NCBI GenBank assembly: GCA_002506825.1
Contig: DAYH01000010.1
Location: 33,077 to 97,076, forward strand
DNA length: 64,000 bases
Direction of reading: 5' to 3'
Source of the DNA: Euryarchaeota archaeon UBA103
Lineage (GTDB): Archaea > Thermoplasmatota > Poseidoniia > Poseidoniales > Thalassarchaeaceae
Part shown: positions 1 through 9,604 of the stretch, piece by piece
Numbering within the stretch: position 1 is the first letter of the stretch
Layout of the letters: each line of letters opens with the position of its first letter
The notes under the pieces: generated by a model
Told to the model about the DNA's origin: nothing
The model's input: only the letters and a program-made list of their open reading frames with translations
The model's database searches: none
Program-made: the position numbers and the translations under genes

Positions 1-648
1 CCAAACGGAGTAAAGAAGTTGCTAGGATTCATCCAAGATGAGGTCATACCGGACTCCGGATTCAAGAGAAGGGACATTGAAGTAAACTGGCATGGCCATC
101 AAGACAGGGGGCTGGGTGTCGCGAATAATCTAGCTGCTTATGAGGCGGGAGCGGATGTGATACATGGCACTGCTCTAGGGGTTGGGGAAAGATCAGGAAA
201 TGCCCCCCTGGATCAGACTCTGGTAAATCTTAGTCTGATGGGGGTAATTAGCAACGACTTGACCTCTCTGAGTGAATACATGAAAAAGGCGCACGAATAT
301 GTAGGAGTGGCACTTCCCAGAAATTATCCAGTTTTCGGAGAGGATGCCTTTGAAACCGGTACTGGAGTGCACGCTAGCGCTGTCGTCAAGGCCATGGCCA
401 AAGGAAATCACTGGCTTGCCGATAGGGTCTACTCCGGAGTACCTGCTGGAGACTATGGTTTACAACAGATTATTCGCATAGGGCACATGAGCGGTAGGTC
501 AAATATCACTTGGTGGCTTAGTCAGAATGATTATCCAGTGAATGATGAAATTATTGAGTATCTCTTTGAGGTCGCCAAGTCCCAGAGAAGGATGATGACA
601 GATGAAGAAGTTCATTCTGAGATCTCCAAATTCAATGATAGTAGATGA
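1..648 (+). CDS. C-terminal part of a 2-isopropylmalate/homocitrate/citramalate synthase-family (HMGL-like, DRE-TIM) enzyme; the 5' end is off-window
   Basis: Frame 1 is open from nt 1. 'NWHGHQDRGLGVANNLAAYEAGADVIHGTALGVGERSGNAPL' is the HxH / GERxGN metal-site region of this family. 'IGHMSGRSN' resembles the 'GKHSGR' segment of IPMS/HCS enzymes. Confidence 0.7.
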   Translation, partial: PNGVKKLLGFIQDEVIPDSGFKRRDIEVNWHGHQDRGLGVANNLAAYEAGADVIHGTALGVGERSGNAPLDQTLVNLSLMGVISNDLTSLSEYMKKAHEYVGVALPRNYPVFGEDAFETGTGVHASAVVKAMAKGNHWLADRVYSGVPAGDYGLQQIIRIGHMSGRSNITWWLSQNDYPVNDEIIEYLFEVAKSQRRMMTDEEVHSEISKFNDSR

Positions 649-677
649 ATTATGTTGCTAACACCAATTACGAACGG

Positions 678-684
678 CTATATG
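678..684 (+). promoter_or_regulatory. TATA-like box (CTATATG) for the convertase gene; the geometry implies a leaderless or near-leaderless mRNA
   Basis: An AT-rich element is centred about 26 nt upstream of ATG 707, which is the canonical archaeal TATA-to-TSS spacing. Confidence 0.3.
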
Positions 685-706
685 TCTTAGTTGGGCGAGT
701 CAATAC

Positions 707-3700
707 ATGCGTCATGCAATTCTAATGGTCCTAATCATTTTCATGATGCCACTGTCAAGCATCGTATCTGCAGAAGATGAAGTAATAGTTGGGGATGAAT
801 TAGATACATTATCTATTATGGAAAATTATTCTATTTCGGTTCGACTAGCATTTGATAGAGTGAGCAATCTGGAGTCTTACACCACTGAAGAGCTACACGA
901 TTCTAAGGAGTGGCTAGTGGTTACCAGTATACCTATTTCTGAGCATGAGAAGACTCACTCGAAGCCCATTTCCAGTAAGGTGATCCAAATATTGCCAGGT
1001 TCATTTGTGTGGGAACTAGAGGGCGGAGAGAAACCCATAGAAAGGCTCTCAGAGGCTCTAGAGATTGGAGAGATTGAAAGTTTCTCTCCTCTGGTTGAAA
1101 GGACGCATGAGGAGAGATACCTTCCAAATGACCCTGAATTAAGCTCGCAGTGGCATCTGGATAACTACGGTCAGACCGGAGGAGTTTCAGGAGAGGATGC
1201 TAACCTCACGGGAGCGTGGAATTCCTACAATGGTTCGGGAGTAGTAATCAGTATTGTTGATGATGGCTTAGATATCTCTCATCCCGATATCTCTCCTAAC
1301 TATGATCAATCGGCATCTTACGATTGGTGTAATGATGACTCAGATCCGACCCCTCTAAGTTTCGATGGACATGGGACTGCTGCGGCAGGAGTGGCCGCGG
1401 CGGCTGGAAATAACTCACTATACGTCTCCGGAGCCGCATTCGGAGCCAGTGTCGCCGGATCTAATCTTATTTCTTGCTCAATATCAGACTACTTAGAATC
1501 TCAAGCATTGAGCTATGAGAATGACTATGTAGACATCTACTCAAACTCATGGGGGCCTACTGATAATGGGCGTACTCTAAAATCCCCCGGACCGCTGATG
1601 ACCGCCGCATTCGAGAATGACGTGTACTTAGGAAGAGATGGCTTAGGGAACATAATTACTTGGGCCGCTGGAAACGGACTAACTTCGGATGACGACTCGA
1701 ACTACGATGGTTATGCGAATAGTAGATTCACCATTGCAGTAACTGCAATAACACATTTTGGACAACAATCATACTATGCTGAGCCAGGAGCTAATATCTT
1801 GGTTGCAGCCCATTCAAATGGTGATGGCGAGGCCATAACAACCACTGACATAGTCGGTTCTGGGGGTTACAACTCATCAGGAAATGTGACTGACACGTTT
1901 GGAGGTACATCTAGTGCAACACCTCTGGCATCGGGAGTTATCGCTCTGATGCTAGAAGCCAATCAGAACCTAACTTGGAGGGATGTACAACACATCCTAG
2001 TCAATAGTGCCAGAATCAATGATCAGAGCGACTCGTCTTGGGACGTGAATGGAGCTGGCCATGATGTTTCTCACAAATATGGATTCGGGGCAGTTGATGC
2101 CGGTGCCGCAGTCTCCATGGCATCTTCATGGACTAATGTTAACGAGGAAGTGAATCTGAGCGTTGGCCCAATACTAGAGAACTATCAGATTGATGATGGA
2201 AACTCATCCTGGAGTGAGTTCAATACCTCCATCACGATGGATATGGCAATCGAAAGTATTGACGTGGTTGTTGATATTTCCCATACTAATCGAGGAGACT
2301 TGGAGATAGTACTAGTCTCGCCGTCTGGTAAGGAGTCATGGCTAGCCGAGGAGAGAAATGACAACAACAATGACTATGATAACTGGACATTCAACACTGT
2401 TCACCATTGGGATGAATCATCAATAGGAAACTGGCAATTGAAAGTCAGAGATGTTGAATCTGGCGGGAGTGGGACATTGAACCATTGGTCAATGATATTA
2501 CATGGCACTGATGCGGATCTTGATCACGATGACGATGGTTTAGAGGATATCAATGAGACGGAGATTTGGGGAACCGACCCATTTGATCCAGATACTGATG
2601 GAGATGGGCTGAACGATTATGAGGAAGTAATCAATTACGGGACCAATCCATTGTCATCTGATTCAGACCTCGATGGAGTGGGAGATCTCGAAGAAATAAC
2701 CATATTCAGTACGAATCCTTTGGATAGCGATACTGATGATGACGGGTTGAGCGATGGGGCTGAAATTAACTTCTGGGAGAGTGACCCAAATATTTTCGAC
2801 CCAGATGATGATGGGGATTTGTTCTATCATTTCAATGACTGCGATGACGACGACCCAATGGTAAACCCCGGGAGGCCCGAGATACTAAACGGAATAGATG
2901 ACAATTGCGATACTATGACTGATGAGGGGTTTAACTTCACAGATTCTGATGGCGATGGTCTTTTCGATTGGCCCGAATATTATACTTATTTCACGAACCA
3001 CTTAGACAGTGACTCTGATGATGATGGATTGGATGACGGTACCGAAGTACTGACCTATCAGAGCAATCCTAATTTGGCTGACCCGGATGATGACGATGAT
3101 GGATGGTATTGGTTCCAAGATTGCGACGATCAGGATGAGTTCAGATCGCCTGGTCTGAATGAGGTCCTCGATGGAATAGACAATGATTGTGATGAGATAA
3201 TGGATGATGGATTCGAATCAATAGATACCGATGGTGATTTGCTTAGTGATTTCGAGGAGTATCATAATCTATCGACTAACCCTTACAACGGGGACACAGA
3301 TGGAGATGGGTTGCCAGATGGATATGAAATACAGGTAACAAAAACCGACCCGGTATTGGCTGATCCGGATAATGATGGAGATGGGGAGTACTGGTTCGAA
3401 GATTGTGATGATCAGGATGCAGGCAGAGCTAGTTATCTCACCGAGGCCCTAGATGGCAAGGACAATGATTGTGATGAAGAGGTGGATGAAGACTTTGTCG
3501 ATATTGATACAGATTCTGACGGTTTGAAGGACTATGCCGAGTTTCATAACTACTTGACATCGGCTACTGATCCAGATACGGATGGAGATAGCTATCTCGA
3601 TGGTGAAGAAATTATAGAAATGGGATCCAATCCACTTATTTTCAATATTGATGGCGACTCAGATGGTTTCCTTGATTTTCAAGATTGTAATGATTTGGTT

Positions 3701-4444
3701 TCTTCGATAAATCCCGGTTCCAGTGAATCATGGAATGGAATAGATGATGATTGTGATGAGATAATCGATGAAGACGTCTCGAGACTAAGCTTGATATCAC
3801 CTGTTCCGAATGATGCGGACATTGAGTCTTGGGATACCAAGGACCATGTGCTTGAGATTGGCATCGAAAATATTCCCGAGGGGGTTGAATATATCATCAG
3901 TTGGAAGATAGGTGACTACTCTCTAGAAGGACTATATTCTGGTGACAATAATGTATCTATGCCATCTTTAGATTGTGACTCTCCAGAAGTAAATCTAGAG
4001 GTTTATCTATGCTCCGAGGGTACGAGTTTGCAACAGGTTTCGGCTTCTATGATTGACAGTGGTGAGCTCACTGAGATGACTTGGACTTTCGAAATGGTAA
4101 TTTCAAAAACCCCTACTAGCTTATCCGAAAAGGTGGTTTCTTTCATCTTAACACCTTCAGGAGTTGTAATAGCTATAGCTGCTATCGCTTCTTTGCTGGG
4201 AATTAGCTACCTAGTTGGAGCACGGATTTCATATCGAAGAGAATTGAATGAGGCTTACCAGTTCTACCAGATTTCTTCGAGAGATAACGAGACTGGTTTG
4301 GCCAAAGCAAACTCTAACGAGAATGACTTTTCATATTCTCTGCCAAGTGCACCTGATCTCTCTTCGATGATATCCTCTTCGAGTAATAATCAGGCAATAG
4401 ACCAAGATGACATTCCTCCGCCACCCCCTCCGGGTTCTTACTGA
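707..4444 (+). CDS. Secreted, membrane-anchored kexin/furin-like subtilase (S8B) with a P-domain, thrombospondin-type-3-like Ca-binding repeats and repeated DCDD...NDCD Cys motifs
   Basis: Signal peptide 'MRHAILMVLIIFMMPLSSIVSA'. Catalytic motifs 'SIVDDGLD', 'DGHGTAAAG', 'NSWGP', 'GGTSSATPLASG'. P-domain 'GDLEIVLVSPSGKESWL...GNWQLKVRDVESGGSGTLNHWSMILHG'. DxDxDG repeats. C-terminal TM 'VVIAIAAIASLLGISYLVGA' followed by a Pro-rich tail. Confidence 0.85.
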   Translation: MRHAILMVLIIFMMPLSSIVSAEDEVIVGDELDTLSIMENYSISVRLAFDRVSNLESYTTEELHDSKEWLVVTSIPISEHEKTHSKPISSKVIQILPGSFVWELEGGEKPIERLSEALEIGEIESFSPLVERTHEERYLPNDPELSSQWHLDNYGQTGGVSGEDANLTGAWNSYNGSGVVISIVDDGLDISHPDISPNYDQSASYDWCNDDSDPTPLSFDGHGTAAAGVAAAAGNNSLYVSGAAFGASVAGSNLISCSISDYLESQALSYENDYVDIYSNSWGPTDNGRTLKSPGPLMTAAFENDVYLGRDGLGNIITWAAGNGLTSDDDSNYDGYANSRFTIAVTAITHFGQQSYYAEPGANILVAAHSNGDGEAITTTDIVGSGGYNSSGNVTDTFGGTSSATPLASGVIALMLEANQNLTWRDVQHILVNSARINDQSDSSWDVNGAGHDVSHKYGFGAVDAGAAVSMASSWTNVNEEVNLSVGPILENYQIDDGNSSWSEFNTSITMDMAIESIDVVVDISHTNRGDLEIVLVSPSGKESWLAEERNDNNNDYDNWTFNTVHHWDESSIGNWQLKVRDVESGGSGTLNHWSMILHGTDADLDHDDDGLEDINETEIWGTDPFDPDTDGDGLNDYEEVINYGTNPLSSDSDLDGVGDLEEITIFSTNPLDSDTDDDGLSDGAEINFWESDPNIFDPDDDGDLFYHFNDCDDDDPMVNPGRPEILNGIDDNCDTMTDEGFNFTDSDGDGLFDWPEYYTYFTNHLDSDSDDDGLDDGTEVLTYQSNPNLADPDDDDDGWYWFQDCDDQDEFRSPGLNEVLDGIDNDCDEIMDDGFESIDTDGDLLSDFEEYHNLSTNPYNGDTDGDGLPDGYEIQVTKTDPVLADPDNDGDGEYWFEDCDDQDAGRASYLTEALDGKDNDCDEEVDEDFVDIDTDSDGLKDYAEFHNYLTSATDPDTDGDSYLDGEEIIEMGSNPLIFNIDGDSDGFLDFQDCNDLVSSINPGSSESWNGIDDDCDEIIDEDVSRLSLISPVPNDADIESWDTKDHVLEIGIENIPEGVEYIISWKIGDYSLEGLYSGDNNVSMPSLDCDSPEVNLEVYLCSEGTSLQQVSASMIDSGELTEMTWTFEMVISKTPTSLSEKVVSFILTPSGVVIAIAAIASLLGISYLVGARISYRRELNEAYQFYQISSRDNETGLAKANSNENDFSYSLPSAPDLSSMISSSSNNQAIDQDDIPPPPPPGSY
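2510..3776 (+). repeat. In-frame coding super-repeat (about 95 aa, about 3.5 copies): TSP3-like DxDxDGxxDxxE units alternating with 'F.DCDDqD....PG..E.lDGIDNDCDe..DE' units
   Basis: Read directly from the translation: 'FNDCDDDDPMVNPGRPEILNGIDDNCDTMTDEGF', 'FQDCDDQDEFRSPGLNEVLDGIDNDCDEIMDDGF', 'FEDCDDQDAGRASYLTEALDGKDNDCDEEVDEDF', 'FQDCNDLVSSINPGSSESWNGIDDDCDEIIDED'. Confidence 0.85.
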
Positions 4445-5862
4445 GATGGATCTGCTTCGGCGGCTTCTTCGTCTGGACCAGTTGGAGGATTGGTAGACCA
4501 TTCACCATCGACACTTCCGCCAGACCATTCCCCTCCGACGGTAATATCCTCTACCTCGTCATCATCCCTCCATACTGGATCCCCATCAGCACCGCTTATG
4601 ACCAAGCAATCATCCTCATCCAGCCTCTTCCTGATTGTCTTTACTCCTTTGGTAACTGGTAAGATATGCCCCACTGGAGTCCCGGCAGTAACGAAGGGGT
4701 TCGTTGCTGAACATATCATCAATCCATTAGTAGGAGAGATGACGTCATGTGATTCCAAAGGGCTCTCGGGATTGGTAACTGTTGCTACCACCTCTCCTTC
4801 CTCTACAAAGCTTCCAGCAGGGGCTAGTACATCCAGAAGACCGCCTTGATCAGATCTAATCCATAGTGACCCAGAAGCTAAGATTCTGAAGCTTGGCCTG
4901 CTTGGATGGCCCGGAATCATCCTTAGTGACCTGAGGACATTTAGAATGCCATAAAGAGAAACTTGGACTGATTCTGGATCTAACTCATCGGGGCCCCCTC
5001 CTTCGAATGTAATACACGCAATATCATAATCGTTGGTGACTCTTCTGAGAGAGCCCTTTGGACCTGCGTTATCCAAAATTGCCTCGATTCCAAACGATCT
5101 GGCAATTCTATTGCTGGATGCATGTGCAAGATTAGCACGTATTTGAGGCATGTTTGTCCTACCTACTGCAGCTGTGTGCAAATCTACGACATAATCGCTA
5201 CCTGCAATGATTTTATTCCATATCCTATATGCTACCCGATAAGAGGTGTTACTATCTGGCTTGCCGGGAAATGACCGGTTCAGATCTCTGCCGTCTGGCA
5301 TGTATCGACTCTTGATTTTATACCCTGGCATGTTCACAACAGGAACTATCCTAATCGTTCCCGAGAGGACCTCCGGATCTATCGCCTTACCGGGGCCAAT
5401 GAAATTAGGACCAGTCAAGTATGTCAGAGCTAATGGCCCCACCAACTCATTTCCGTGGACAGCCCCCAATAGAGTTACTACAGGACCCGGACGAGAACCA
5501 TGAACAACTGTTACAGGAATTGGCCATGACTCTCCAATCTCAACAGCGAGTAGATCGAAGTCCATTCTCCTTATTGTCCCAGGAAGAATTCTCTTTCTTA
5601 GGAAATTATGATTCTTGGGACCACTCTGACGGGACCACTTCTTTGGAGTTCCAGTGCTTCCCTCTAGAGCTTTCTCAATCTCGATTCTCCTCCTCTTTGG
5701 AATCTGATTGGCGACCTTGAGAGGGGCGAACCTCCTCCTCTTAGAACGAGGGAGTAGACTCTCTGGTCTTTCGGAGCTTGGCTCGTCTTCTGAGCCCCCT
5801 TCGGAATTGGACAACGCTCCTCCCAGTAGGTTTGGCATAAATAGGATACCATAGGACGACAA
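4438..5862 (-). CDS. Succinylglutamate desuccinylase/aspartoacylase (AstE/AspA, M14-like zinc hydrolase) family protein with basic N-terminal and acidic C-terminal extensions
   Basis: 'GSRPGPVVTLLGAVHGNELVGPLAL' and 'VVDLHTAAVGRT' match the family's zinc-site and core motifs. The ORF-track start at 5862 is TTG. In-frame ATGs at 5838 and at 5565 ('MDFDLL', just before the conserved core) are alternatives. Confidence 0.6.
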   Translation of the reverse strand: MSSYGILFMPNLLGGALSNSEGGSEDEPSSERPESLLPRSKRRRFAPLKVANQIPKRRRIEIEKALEGSTGTPKKWSRQSGPKNHNFLRKRILPGTIRRMDFDLLAVEIGESWPIPVTVVHGSRPGPVVTLLGAVHGNELVGPLALTYLTGPNFIGPGKAIDPEVLSGTIRIVPVVNMPGYKIKSRYMPDGRDLNRSFPGKPDSNTSYRVAYRIWNKIIAGSDYVVDLHTAAVGRTNMPQIRANLAHASSNRIARSFGIEAILDNAGPKGSLRRVTNDYDIACITFEGGGPDELDPESVQVSLYGILNVLRSLRMIPGHPSRPSFRILASGSLWIRSDQGGLLDVLAPAGSFVEEGEVVATVTNPESPLESHDVISPTNGLMICSATNPFVTAGTPVGHILPVTKGVKTIRKRLDEDDCLVISGADGDPVWRDDDEVEDITVGGEWSGGSVDGEWSTNPPTGPDEEAAEADPSQ

Positions 5863-5901
5863 TGGGAATTATTCAATTCCTTAAGCCATTTCCACCATCA
5901 T

Positions 5902-6378
5902 ATGAGTGGAGGTTCCGAGCTTTCTGTACAAGAAGAATTCGCACCCAATAGCATATGTTTTGGATGTGGGCCGGCTAATACTAAGGGACTGAAAATAAGA
6001 TCTTTCAGGACTGAAAATGGACTATGCATGGAATTTAATCCTGAGGAACACCACCAAGCCTTTCCTGGGATGGTAAATGGAGGAATACTGGGGGCACTCC
6101 TTGACTGTCATGGAAATTGGACTGCCGCAGTGGCGCTAATGGAAAATGAGGGGAGTGCTACGCCTCCATGTACGGTTACTGCTTCTTACAGTGTCAGCCT
6201 GCGTAGACCGACTCCAAATGATAAAGTCCTCAAGATTACTTCTGAAATTGTGGAGCTGGGAACTGATAGGGCTAAGGTGAAGATGAGTTTGGTTTGTGAG
6301 GGTAAGATTTGTGTAACGGGCGAGGGGTTATTCGTAGCGGTTACTGAAGGGCATCCTGCTTACCACCGATGGAATTAG
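5902..6378 (+). CDS. Hotdog-fold (PaaI-like) thioesterase
   Basis: 158 aa. 'CFGCGPANTKGLKIRSF...HHQAFPGMVNGGILGALLDCHGNW' looks like PaaI/4HBT-type thioesterases. The AT-rich 'AATTATTCAA' about 30 nt upstream may be a TATA box shared with the divergent gene. Confidence 0.5.
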   Translation: MSGGSELSVQEEFAPNSICFGCGPANTKGLKIRSFRTENGLCMEFNPEEHHQAFPGMVNGGILGALLDCHGNWTAAVALMENEGSATPPCTVTASYSVSLRRPTPNDKVLKITSEIVELGTDRAKVKMSLVCEGKICVTGEGLFVAVTEGHPAYHRWN

Positions 6379-6426
6379 TGAGTTATTCACGGCATCCTTT
6401 AGAACGTCCGAACATTAAGGATAGTC

Positions 6427-8976
6427 ATGGCGGAATCAGGCAACGGGATGGATGGCCTTGATATCGACCCAAGAATCACTAAATTCCTAAAAAATAATTG
6501 GGGAATTGAGGAGTTTTTTCCTCCTCAGATTGAGGCTTTGCCCCCTGTGTTAAATGGTGATAATTTGATGTTGACAATTCCAACGGCCAGTGGAAAATCA
6601 TTGGTTGCATACATCGGTATGATCAATCGTCTAATTGGTGATATGAAAGGGATGAGGGGGGCTTACGTGGTCCCACTGAAAGCGCTGGCGAATGAAAAAT
6701 TCGAAGATTTGACAGAAATTGGAAAATCTGTTGGACTCTCTGTTGGGTTGGCCGTTGGAGACAGAGGAGGCGAGTCTGCCGGTGTAGAAAACTCTGATAT
6801 CCTAGTTTGTACTAGTGAGAAGCTTGATTCAATATTGAGAACCAAAACTGGATTCCTAGAGAATCTTGGAGTTGTAGTGTCGGACGAGTTTCATCTATTG
6901 AATGACTACAGTAGGGGCCCGACTCTTGAGGTAACCCTGTCTAGAATCATGCATGTACGCCCTGATGCTCAGATTATCGCGCTATCAGCCACAGTTGGAA
7001 ACTCTGAGAAACTCTCAGATTGGCTCGGGGCGACTCATGTTAAATCGGATTGGAGGCCGATACCATTACACTGTGGAGTAATGACTGATCTAGATGTCAA
7101 TATACATAGAATTGAGGGGACTGATGATACTAAAGGAATCAAAAAAAGGAGGCTTTCGGGCAGGAAAGATCAGAGGCTTCAAGCGGCTTTGATGGATACT
7201 ATCTCAAAGGGTGGACAGTTACTTGTTTTCGTATCCTCAAGAGCATCGGCGGTTAAGGAAGCCAGAGTTCTTTCTGAGTTTATACTGAAGATGGGAGATG
7301 AGGAACCAAGTAAAATTACTGATGTTTTTTTGGAAAGTTGGGAGAGCGTTTCACATAAGATTTCTACCAGTGGAGAGGGCACTTCAACTGGTAAATCTCT
7401 GGCTAATTCGATAAAAGGAGGAGTTGGTTTCCATCATGCAGGACTAACTCACAGGCAAAGGAGGATTATTGAGGATTCTTTCAAGAAAGGGGATTTAAAA
7501 TGCATAGTAGCCACACCCACATTAGCCCAGGGAGTGAATCTTCCAGCAAGAAGGGTCGTCATTAGAGATTACAGAAGATGGAGTGCCGCCGCTAGTGCAT
7601 CGATGCCACTATCTGTTATGGAAATCAGACAAATGCTAGGAAGGGCAGGACGCCCCAAATATGACGAATATGGAGATGCATGGATTCTCTCGAAGGACCC
7701 TGATGAAGAGGGGAGATTGGTTGAGCTTTACCTAGAGGGCGAGCCGGAGAGTGTGACTTCTAAATTGGCGAATCCGATGGCAAATAGTGCAATTGAGGAT
7801 CCTGCCTTACTTACTCATGTACTATCGCTAATTTCAAGTGGGGTTTTAACAGACAGATACTCCCTAGGGAGGTTCTTTGGTAGAACTTTCTTGGCCACTC
7901 AAATGAGAGCTGAGACTCTTGAAGATAGGTTAGATGAGGCGATTCATTGGTTAGTAGAAAACGGAATGATGACTCGTGAGGGAGACTCCGATTCAGTGTC
8001 TCAGAAAATCCATGATGAGCAACCGTATTCTGATACTGAAGAGAATTGGGGGGATGAGGTTCCCTCATGGGCTAATTCTGCAGCGTCCGTCCTTGGTATT
8101 GAGTTATCAAATGAAAGAGCGCATGAGAAATTCGAAAGGAAGAGGAGCGGCCCTCCAATCTTTGGTTTCAAGAAGGCGATATCAATAAGAGAAGATTCGG
8201 TTAATTTATCTGAATCGCAGGCTATGACATATCTAGCTACTCCACTAGGAGCGAGAATTTCTAGACTGTATCTTAATCCTCTATCTGGAAGGATCCTTAG
8301 AGATGGCCTTGGGAAGGCAATGTCAGTAATTTCTGGAAATGATGAGTTTTTGCAGGTCTCCCCGATGAGTTTGCTTCATCTGGTTGCATGTACTCCTGAC
8401 TTTCTTCCACTATGGCTTAGAAAATCTGATTATGATAGGGTTCAATCATCATTACACCGGCATGAGAGAGAGATACTGGGTACAGCGGTGGATCATGATG
8501 AAGATAGGCGTATGAAGGGCGCTCTGGTTCTACAGTCATGGATGGAAGAGGAAACAATGAGCTCGATTGAAAAAGACTGGGGCGTTCAACCTGGAGATCT
8601 AAGGAGCCGGGTGGAATTGGCTGAATGGCTACTATATGCCTCTAGAAGGATAGTCATAGAGGATGATGAGATGTCATCAATGGATAGGAAATCTCATGAG
8701 GCTCTTATTGAAGCTTTAGGAGAAGTTCGTAGTAGGGTAAGATACGGTTGTAAATCGGACATTCTAGGGCTGGTTTCTCTCAAAGGAATAGGTAGGGTGA
8801 GGGCAAGGGAGATGTCTGAGCTGTTGGGAGTAAGTATGGTTTCTGATGTAGCTGAGCTAACAGATAAGGACTGTGAAAGGCTGTCTGATTTGAGGGGATG
8901 GAGTCCAAGATTAGTTGAGAAGCTTGTCCGAGATGCCAGTCGTACAGTTAGAAGAGAAAAGAGAAAGTACAATTGA
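6427..8976 (+). CDS. hel308: Hel308/Ski2-type ATP-dependent DNA helicase
   Basis: Motif I 'TIPTASGKSLVAY', DExH 'VVSDEFHLL', 'LSATVGN', 'HHAGL', 'ATPTLAQGVNLPARRVV', 'QMLGRAGRP', and a C-terminal HhH 'LVSLKGIGRVRAREM'. Confidence 0.9.
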   Translation: MAESGNGMDGLDIDPRITKFLKNNWGIEEFFPPQIEALPPVLNGDNLMLTIPTASGKSLVAYIGMINRLIGDMKGMRGAYVVPLKALANEKFEDLTEIGKSVGLSVGLAVGDRGGESAGVENSDILVCTSEKLDSILRTKTGFLENLGVVVSDEFHLLNDYSRGPTLEVTLSRIMHVRPDAQIIALSATVGNSEKLSDWLGATHVKSDWRPIPLHCGVMTDLDVNIHRIEGTDDTKGIKKRRLSGRKDQRLQAALMDTISKGGQLLVFVSSRASAVKEARVLSEFILKMGDEEPSKITDVFLESWESVSHKISTSGEGTSTGKSLANSIKGGVGFHHAGLTHRQRRIIEDSFKKGDLKCIVATPTLAQGVNLPARRVVIRDYRRWSAAASASMPLSVMEIRQMLGRAGRPKYDEYGDAWILSKDPDEEGRLVELYLEGEPESVTSKLANPMANSAIEDPALLTHVLSLISSGVLTDRYSLGRFFGRTFLATQMRAETLEDRLDEAIHWLVENGMMTREGDSDSVSQKIHDEQPYSDTEENWGDEVPSWANSAASVLGIELSNERAHEKFERKRSGPPIFGFKKAISIREDSVNLSESQAMTYLATPLGARISRLYLNPLSGRILRDGLGKAMSVISGNDEFLQVSPMSLLHLVACTPDFLPLWLRKSDYDRVQSSLHRHEREILGTAVDHDEDRRMKGALVLQSWMEEETMSSIEKDWGVQPGDLRSRVELAEWLLYASRRIVIEDDEMSSMDRKSHEALIEALGEVRSRVRYGCKSDILGLVSLKGIGRVRAREMSELLGVSMVSDVAELTDKDCERLSDLRGWSPRLVEKLVRDASRTVRREKRKYN

Positions 8977-9000
8977 ACTCCGACTACCAGAGTATACTGG

Positions 9001-9561
9001 ATGAGCGGTGTCCCTTGGTTTCCGGCATGGGCCATAAAATTCTCCTCCCCACTGGAAAATGTATCTGTTCTGATCTCTGAAATTGAAAAATGGCGTCCAG
9101 ATAAGCGGTGGAGTCTGATTTCCTATGATGTAGCCGCAAGTGAGGTACATCTATGGTCAGTGTGGCATAAGTCAAGGAGTAATGAGCAACAGGAAAGGAT
9201 GATTGCAAGGGATCCAACAGCAGAGTTTCTCAGGATTATATCTGGAACAAGGCAGATTAAGACTGCCATAGACAGATCTGGAGTTTCAAAGGGGGATAAG
9301 CGTGCTTGGCTGGTAAGGTTACCCGAGATAGACACTGCTGGAGGGATTGGCGAGACCTCCCTTCCCGTGAATGAATACAATAATCATAGTAGAGATGCTG
9401 AAAGACTGATAGAAATAGTTGGAGCGAGTATAATTCCAAGGAGGCCCTTTCCGACAGTAGAGGGGCTCCAGAAGATTGGATTTCTAGGCGAGGGGGTAGT
9501 GGTGAGTGCTGAAATGATTGAGCAGTCATTTTTACTCCATGCTTCGATGAGTGATTTCTAG
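9001..9561 (+). CDS. Cgi121-like protein (putative KEOPS subunit)
   Basis: 'EFLRIISGTRQIKTAIDRSGVSKGDKRAWLV' matches my recollection of the archaeal Cgi121 signature (..SGqRQI.eAI...G...g......). The size of 186 aa is compatible. No search was run. Confidence 0.45.
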   Translation: MSGVPWFPAWAIKFSSPLENVSVLISEIEKWRPDKRWSLISYDVAASEVHLWSVWHKSRSNEQQERMIARDPTAEFLRIISGTRQIKTAIDRSGVSKGDKRAWLVRLPEIDTAGGIGETSLPVNEYNNHSRDAERLIEIVGASIIPRRPFPTVEGLQKIGFLGEGVVVSAEMIEQSFLLHASMSDF

Positions 9562-9604
9562 GAGTAATAGTCAGGATAATATCCATTGACCTAATGGGAA
9601 GATT

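Noticed and set aside
2510-3776. Highly repetitive GAT/GAC-rich DNA that could be mistaken for a tandem-repeat or CRISPR-like array
   Set aside because: The periodicity is about 285 nt, in-frame, and explained by protein super-repeats. There is no short direct-repeat/spacer structure. No CRISPR array was seen anywhere in the window.
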